Translations under genes and position numbers: made by a program | Notes under the pieces: generated by a model | Database searches by the model: none | Told to the model about the DNA's origin: nothing | What the model saw: the letters and a program-made list of their open reading frames with translations, nothing else | Assembly (NCBI RefSeq): GCF_021246445.1 | Contig: NZ_JAJQXW010000002.1 | Location: 558,001 to 622,000, forward strand | Reading direction: 5' to 3' | Source of the DNA: Rhabdothermincola salaria | GTDB taxonomy: Bacteria > Actinomycetota > Acidimicrobiia > Acidimicrobiales > Acidimicrobilacustridaceae | DNA length: 64,000 nucleotides | Shown: positions 58,747-64,000 of the stretch, one piece after another | Layout of the letters: each line of letters begins with the position of its first letter | Position numbering within the stretch: position 1 is the first letter of the stretch

Positions 58747-59643
58747 ATGAAGACTGCGGCGCGAGCCTCATTCCGTACGCGTCTGCAGGGCTATGTGGCG
58801 CTCACCAAGCCCCGCATCATCGAACTGCTCCTCATCACCACCGTCCCCACCATGATCGTGGCCGAGGAGGGGCTCCCGTCGGTGTGGCTGATGGCGGCCA
58901 CCGTCATCGGCGGCACCTTCTCCGCCGGCGGGGCCAACGCCATCAACATGTACGTCGACCGCGACATCGACGCGTTGATGAAGCGCACCGCGAAGCGCCC
59001 CCTCGTCACCGGGGTGCTCACCCCCCGGGCCGCCCTCACCTTCGCCGTCGGGCTCGAGGTGGTCGCCTTCGCCTGGCTCTGGCTGTTCGTGAACCTGCTG
59101 AGCGCGGTGCTGGCCGTGGCCGCCTGCCTGTTCTACGTGTTCGTCTACACGCTCTGGCTCAAGCGCCGCTCGACCAGCAACATCGTCATCGGCGGCGCCG
59201 CCGGCGCGGCACCGGTGCTCATCGGGTGGTCCGCCGTCACCGACTCGCTGGCGTGGCCCCCCGTGGTGCTGTTCGCCATCATCTTCTTCTGGACCCCGCC
59301 GCACTTCTGGGCCCTCGCCATCCGCTACAAGGACGACTACTCCGCCGCGGACGTGCCCATGCTGCCGTCGGTCGCCACCTTCCGGGACACCTCGATCCAG
59401 ATCCTGGCCTACACGGTGCTCGTCTGGGCCCTGACGCTCGTCTTCGCGCCCGTCGCCGGCGTGGGGTGGATCTACGTCGTGTCCGCCGTCGTGCTCGGTG
59501 CGGTGTTCACCGCCCTCGCCGTGCAGCTGCTGCGCACCGGCTCGAGCGCGGTCGCCATGCGCCTGTTCACCTTCTCCATCACCTACGTGACCTTGCTGTT
59601 CGGGGCCATGGCCCTCGACGTGCTGGTTCGCAACGGCCTGTGA
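58747..59643 (+). CDS. ctaB: Protoheme IX farnesyltransferase (heme O synthase)
   Basis: LTKPRII, DRDIDALMKRTAKRP, NIVIGGAAG, WTPPHFWAL. Confidence 0.96.
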   Translation: MKTAARASFRTRLQGYVALTKPRIIELLLITTVPTMIVAEEGLPSVWLMAATVIGGTFSAGGANAINMYVDRDIDALMKRTAKRPLVTGVLTPRAALTFAVGLEVVAFAWLWLFVNLLSAVLAVAACLFYVFVYTLWLKRRSTSNIVIGGAAGAAPVLIGWSAVTDSLAWPPVVLFAIIFFWTPPHFWALAIRYKDDYSAADVPMLPSVATFRDTSIQILAYTVLVWALTLVFAPVAGVGWIYVVSAVVLGAVFTALAVQLLRTGSSAVAMRLFTFSITYVTLLFGAMALDVLVRNGL

Positions 59644-59791
59644 GCCCCATCGGGTGCTCCCAGGCGTTTTCGATCGCCCTTATCCCCGTGTGTAGAGTCC
59701 ATCGCCGTACCGCGTCCTCGGACGCTCGGTCTGGTGCCGCCGGTCCCCGAACCGGCCCGAGTGCAGTCGCTCGAGCGAGGTCCCCACAGCT

Positions 59792-61351
59792 ATGGCCATA
59801 ACCGACACGAGACCCGAGGTCGCACCCGAGGCGGAAGCGTCGGCGATCACGACATCGCCGAACACGGTGTTCGGCACCGGCGACCACACGACCCTCGGGC
59901 GCATGTGGATCGGTGCCGCCCTCCTGCTCGGCATCGCCGGCTGGGTCCTCACCGCCCTCGTCGGCGTCCACGAGATCGGCGACGCCGACGTGTTCAGCGC
60001 GGATGCCGCCTTCACCATGTTCACCCTCGGCCGCGTCGGCCTGGTGCTGCTGGTCGTCGTGCCCCTCCTGCTCGGCATCGCCACCCTGGTGGTCCCGCTG
60101 CAGGTCGGCGCCAACACCCTCGCCTTCCCCCGAGCCGCAGCCATGGCCTTCTGGACCTGGCTGATCTCGGCCGGCGTCCTCGTCGTGGCCAACACCATCG
60201 ACGGCGGCTTCGGCGGGGGGCGCATCGAAGCCAACGACATGATGCTCGCCTCGCTGCTGGGCCTCGTCTTCGCCTTGATGGTCGCCACCATCTGCCTGCT
60301 CACCACCGCCATCACGCTGCGCACCCCCGGCATGAGCCTCGACCGGGTCCCCGCCACCACCTGGGCCACCCTCGTCGGTGGATCGCTCTGGCTGCTCACC
60401 CTCCCGGTGCTGGCCGCCAACGTGCTGCTCATCTACATCGACCACCGCTACGGCGGGCCCAGCGAGTTCGGCCTCGCCGACAACCAGTGGGCCCAGGTCT
60501 CCTGGCTCGTCGGCCAGCCCCAGATCTACGCCTTCGTCATCCCCGTGCTCGGCATGACCACCGACGTGTTCACCACGCTCGGCGGCGTCCGCCAGGCCAA
60601 CCGGGGCTTCGTGCTCTTCGGCATCGGTGCCTTCGGGGCGCTCAGCTTCGGCGCCTACGCCCAGCCGTTCTTCTACCCGGACGTCGCCGACCAGGCCCTC
60701 TGGGCCGGCATGTCGCTGCTGATCGTGCTGCCCACCCTGTTGCTGGTGGGTGGCTGGGCCGCCACCCTCAAGGGCGCCCGTCCCCCCGCCAAGGCCGCGG
60801 TGGGCGCCGCCGGCGTGGCCGTGCTGTTGCTCCTCCTCGCCGTGGTGGCCGGGGCCCTCTACGTCATCACCCCGCTCGAGCTGCGCCAGTCCGGCGCCTT
60901 CTCCGCCGGCCACTTCGCCCTCGTCGTGGCGGCCGGCCTGGCCGGCGGCATGGCCGGCATCTACTACTGGTCGCCCAAGCTCCGCGGGCGCTTCGCCAAC
61001 GAGGCGCTGGCCAAGCTGTCGGTCCTCGCCGTGCTCGGCGGCGGCGCCCTCGCCGGCCTGCCCTTGCTGGTACTCGGCTTCGCCAACCGCTTCGACGGCC
61101 TGGCCGACGCCTCCGACGCCCTCAACGGCATCGCCGTTGCCGGCGCCGCCCTCATGGCCCTGGCCCTGCTCGCCACCATCGGCGCCCTGCTCACCGCATC
61201 CGGCGACACCCCCGCCGACGATGCCTGGGGCACCGGCCAGACCCTCGAGTGGGCCACCGCCTCACCCCCCGTGCCCGGCAACTTCGGTGAGCTGGCCGTC
61301 GTCCGATCCTCCGAGCCGCTGCTCGACGCGCCCGAGACCCAGGAGGCCTGA
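59792..61351 (+). CDS. Cytochrome c oxidase subunit I-like protein lacking most metal ligands (pseudo-enzyme)
   Basis: COX1 scaffold motifs present (DHTTLG, VPLQVGA..LAFPR, LRTPGM, YYWSPK, WG.GQTLEWATASPP..NF). Ligand sites altered: GHPEVY to GQPQIY, WAHH to YAQP, HFH to HFA, and the helix II His is absent. Confidence 0.85.
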   Translation: MAITDTRPEVAPEAEASAITTSPNTVFGTGDHTTLGRMWIGAALLLGIAGWVLTALVGVHEIGDADVFSADAAFTMFTLGRVGLVLLVVVPLLLGIATLVVPLQVGANTLAFPRAAAMAFWTWLISAGVLVVANTIDGGFGGGRIEANDMMLASLLGLVFALMVATICLLTTAITLRTPGMSLDRVPATTWATLVGGSLWLLTLPVLAANVLLIYIDHRYGGPSEFGLADNQWAQVSWLVGQPQIYAFVIPVLGMTTDVFTTLGGVRQANRGFVLFGIGAFGALSFGAYAQPFFYPDVADQALWAGMSLLIVLPTLLLVGGWAATLKGARPPAKAAVGAAGVAVLLLLLAVVAGALYVITPLELRQSGAFSAGHFALVVAAGLAGGMAGIYYWSPKLRGRFANEALAKLSVLAVLGGGALAGLPLLVLGFANRFDGLADASDALNGIAVAGAALMALALLATIGALLTASGDTPADDAWGTGQTLEWATASPPVPGNFGELAVVRSSEPLLDAPETQEA

Positions 61352-61353
61352 GC

Positions 61354-61950
61354 ATGGAAGCCGCCACCCACGCCCTTCCCCCGGCCCCGCCCCTGCAGCG
61401 GCCCCGGGTGCTGATGGTGGGCACCGCCTTCGCCTCGGCCGCCGCCATCATGGTGCTGCTGGGGATGCTCGGCGTCTACCTCACCCAGCGCGGCGCCGTG
61501 CTGGCCGCCGGCGACACCTGGCTCCCCGACGGCGTCACCATCCCGCTGAGCCAGCCCAACATCATGCTGTCCACCCTGCTCATGGGGTCGGTGGCGGTGC
61601 AGTGGGCGGTCTACGCCATCGCCCGCGACGACCGGATCAACGCCTACATGGCGCTCGGCCTCACCATGCTCTTCGGGTTCATGGTCATCGTGATGACCAC
61701 CTACCTCTACAGCATCATGGAGCTCGAGATCGCCGCCAGCCCCCAGGGCGTGCTGCTCTACGCCATCACCGGCGGCCACCTGGCGTTCCTCATCGGCACC
61801 ATGGTCTTCCTGGCGCTGATGTCCTTCCGGGCCCTGGCCGGCCAGTACACCAGCCGCCAGCACGACGGCGTGTCCGCCGCCGCCCTGGCCTGGCACGCAC
61901 AGGTCGCCATCTTCTTCGTCATCTGGCTCGCCATCTACATCACCAAGTAG
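61354..61950 (+). CDS. Divergent cytochrome c oxidase subunit III-like protein
   Basis: Five-TM CtaE-size protein; YAITGGH and AWH echo TGFHGLH and YWHFVD but are degenerate. Confidence 0.78.
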   Translation: MEAATHALPPAPPLQRPRVLMVGTAFASAAAIMVLLGMLGVYLTQRGAVLAAGDTWLPDGVTIPLSQPNIMLSTLLMGSVAVQWAVYAIARDDRINAYMALGLTMLFGFMVIVMTTYLYSIMELEIAASPQGVLLYAITGGHLAFLIGTMVFLALMSFRALAGQYTSRQHDGVSAAALAWHAQVAIFFVIWLAIYITK

Positions 61951-61957
61951 GCCACTG

Positions 61958-62812
61958 ATGCTCCGATCCCGCGCCTTCACCCCTGCCTTCCGGTTCTTCG
62001 CCGGCCTGGCGGTCTTCTCGCTGGTCGCCGCCTTCGTGGTCGGCTTCTCCAGCGAGGCCCAAGCCCCCATCGACCGGGTGCTCGGCCCGCTCACCATGGG
62101 CTGGAAGGGCGGCGTCGGCAACCACGTCGCCTACACCCTCTTCGTCGGCCTGTTCGGGGTCTCCGCCGGGCTCGCCGGCATCCTCGTGGCCTTCCGCGAC
62201 GCCGACCCCGAGGCCGACGCCGAAGTCTTGAGGGCCGAGAGCGTGCCCCTCACCCGGGCTCCGGCCGGCATGAACTACCTCCCGGCCATCGCCGCGGTCG
62301 CCGTCGTCGTGGCGCTCATCGGCACCAGCACGGCCAACACCGGCCTGGCCCTGGCCGCCGTCGCCACCCTCGTGGCCGTCGGCCTCACCTGGATGCTGCG
62401 GGCCTGGGCCGAGCGGGCCACCGGCGACGACACCACCAACGCCGAGCTCTACCACCGCTTCATCGACCCGCTGCGCCTCCCGATCGTGTCCGTCGTCGCC
62501 ATCGCCATCGTCGTGCTCGGCGTCTCCCGGGTGCTGCTGGCGGTCTCCAAGACCGGCTCGGTGATCGTGTTCTCGGTCATCGCCACCGTGATCTTCGGCA
62601 TCACCATCCTGCTCGCTCTCGTGCCGAAGTCGGGCCGCTACGTGGTCACCGGCCTCGTGGTTGCCGGAGCGCTGCTGGTCATCGCCGGGGGTGTCATCGG
62701 AGCCGTCGCCGGAGAGCGCGACTTCGAGCACCACGGCGGCGAGCACGGCGCCGAGGAGACCGGCGGCGCCACCGAATCCGGCTTGGCTCCGCTGGTGGTC
62801 GGCCCCTCATGA
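61958..62812 (+). CDS. Membrane protein; N-terminal half resembles actinobacterial oxidase subunit IV (CtaF), with extra TM helices and a His-rich tail
   Basis: TM pair, then RDADPEADAEV...NYLP, then a TM pair, echoing CtaF PEDxxDAEI...SWWP (by eye); ends ERDFEHHGGEH. Confidence 0.6.
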   Translation: MLRSRAFTPAFRFFAGLAVFSLVAAFVVGFSSEAQAPIDRVLGPLTMGWKGGVGNHVAYTLFVGLFGVSAGLAGILVAFRDADPEADAEVLRAESVPLTRAPAGMNYLPAIAAVAVVVALIGTSTANTGLALAAVATLVAVGLTWMLRAWAERATGDDTTNAELYHRFIDPLRLPIVSVVAIAIVVLGVSRVLLAVSKTGSVIVFSVIATVIFGITILLALVPKSGRYVVTGLVVAGALLVIAGGVIGAVAGERDFEHHGGEHGAEETGGATESGLAPLVVGPS

Positions 62813-62994
62813 CCGTCCTCGCGGCAACCCCTTCGCTCTGCGTCCGCGGACCCGTGCCCGGAATGGCGCGGCAGTCGGCCCGTGGGCGACACTTCAACTG
62901 CGTCATCGCCGGTCGTACTCGTGTCGAGGTCGTTGGTTCGGGCCCGATCCCCTCGTCCCACGTCGAGGCCGTCACCGCCCTCGGAGGAGAGTAA

Positions 62995-64000
62995 ATGCCC
63001 CGCCGTTCCGTCCTCGTCCGGATCCTGCAGGTCGTGACCCTCGTGGTCGTGACCGTGCTCTTCGTGGTGCTGATCATCGACAGCTTCCTCAACGATGGCA
63101 AGCCGCTCACCACGCTGCGCCCGGAGGGACCGGCCGCCCAGGACATCCAGAACCTGGTGTGGCCCGTCTTCCTCGTGGCCGGCATCGTGTTCGTCGGGGT
63201 CTTCGGGGCGATCGGCTTCATCATCATGAAGTTCCGCCAGCGCGACGACGACGATCCCGAGCAGTTCCCCGAGCAGGTCCACGGGCGCACCGGCCTCGAG
63301 ATCGGCTGGACCATCCTCCCGGCCCTCATCCTCGCCGGCGTGGCCGTGGGCACGGTCATCACCATCATCAACCTCGACAAGCGCGCCGACGACGCCATCC
63401 CGGTCAAGGTCGTCGGCCAGCAGTTCTGGTGGAGCTTCCACTACGACCTGAACAACGACGGCAACTTCGAGGGCCCCGAGGACCTCACCACCGCCGGTGA
63501 GCTGGTGGTGCCCGTCGGCCGCGAGATCGAGATCGTCACCACCTCCAACGACGTCATCCACTCGTTCTGGATCCCGGGCCTCAACGGCAAGAAGGACGCC
63601 GTGCCCAACCTCTTGAACCCCATCAAGCTCGAGGCCGACGTCGAAGGCGTCTTCCTGGGCCAGTGCACCGAGTTCTGCGGTCTGTCGCACGCCAACATGC
63701 GGATGCTGGTGCGCTCGGTGTCCCAGGACACCTACGACGCCTGGCTCGAGAACCAGCTCACCGACAAGTCGGCGGAGCCGACCGATCCCGACGCTGCCGA
63801 GGGGCGTGAGATCTTCACCCAGCAGTGCGCCGCCTGCCACCTCGTCGACGGGGTCAGCGATCCCGAGGACGTGCCCTTGGTGGCGGGTGTGGCGCCCGAC
63901 CTCACCCACCTCATGACCCGAGGCACCTTCGCCGGGTCGATCTTCAACCTCTACGCCCCCGACGGTGAGCCCATCGGCGGCAACCCCGAAGAGGTGGCCA
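62995..64000 (+). CDS. ctaC: Cytochrome c oxidase subunit II with fused cytochrome c (caa3-type), truncated by window edge
   Basis: Not in the ORF track; translated by hand from ATG 62995 (GGAGG RBS). Shows LEIGWT, QFWW, DVIHSFW, CuA motif CTEFCGLSHANM and heme c motif CAACH. Confidence 0.95.
   Translation, partial: MPRRSVLVRILQVVTLVVVTVLFVVLIIDSFLNDGKPLTTLRPEGPAAQDIQNLVWPVFLVAGIVFVGVFGAIGFIIMKFRQRDDDDPEQFPEQVHGRTGLEIGWTILPALILAGVAVGTVITIINLDKRADDAIPVKVVGQQFWWSFHYDLNNDGNFEGPEDLTTAGELVVPVGREIEIVTTSNDVIHSFWIPGLNGKKDAVPNLLNPIKLEADVEGVFLGQCTEFCGLSHANMRMLVRSVSQDTYDAWLENQLTDKSAEPTDPDAAEGREIFTQQCAACHLVDGVSDPEDVPLVAGVAPDLTHLMTRGTFAGSIFNLYAPDGEPIGGNPEEVA

Noticed and set aside
59792..61351. Calling this gene a functional ctaD, a cbb3 subunit I, an NO reductase, or a decayed pseudogene
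   Set aside because: All functional family members need the six His ligands, and five are absent here. The frame is nevertheless intact with normal codon bias, which argues against ordinary decay.
62809..62994. 61-aa ORF bridging the CtaF-like gene and ctaC (ATGA overlap, TAA abutting the next ATG)
   Set aside because: The translation does not look protein-like and the codon usage is atypical. It is more likely a promoter/leader region, though a coupling peptide cannot be excluded without Ribo-seq.

Overview
Very GC-rich, gene-dense chromosomal segment of an actinobacterium. The gene content and protein styles suggest class Acidimicrobiia, but that is my inference. Left to right: a type III PKS / ACAD-fold oxidoreductase / O-methyltransferase / UbiA prenyltransferase cluster (PKS cut by the left edge); PilZ protein and AAA ATPase; tRNA-Gly with a possible orphan IS481-like end; dcd; a FadF-like Fe-S oxidoreductase; a wHTH regulator-amtB-glnK locus with GlnR-box-like repeats; gpmA; dnaK-grpE-dnaJ-hspR-clpB; a sortase-anchored thioester-domain adhesin whose leader holds a c-di-GMP-II-type riboswitch; three AT3-SGNH O-acyltransferases, three GT-C glycosyltransferases and a GT2 interleaved with the purine genes purA-purD-purB-purC-purS-purQ-purL-purF-purM and pyrE; malic enzyme; an esterase; a vapC remnant; tRNA-Glu-Asp-Phe; clpS; ctaA/ctaB; and a cytochrome oxidase operon. 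The two most striking observations are (1) an intact, full-length cytochrome c oxidase subunit I paralogue that has lost five of six metal-ligand histidines, in an operon with divergent subunit III- and IV-like genes directly ahead of a normal CuA/cytochrome c subunit II, and (2) a covarying c-di-GMP-II-like riboswitch with a variant ligand-pocket junction upstream of a covalent (Cys-Gln thioester) adhesin. No CRISPR array, rRNA or intact transposase/integrase was seen. All family calls come from motif recognition by eye; no database searches were run.
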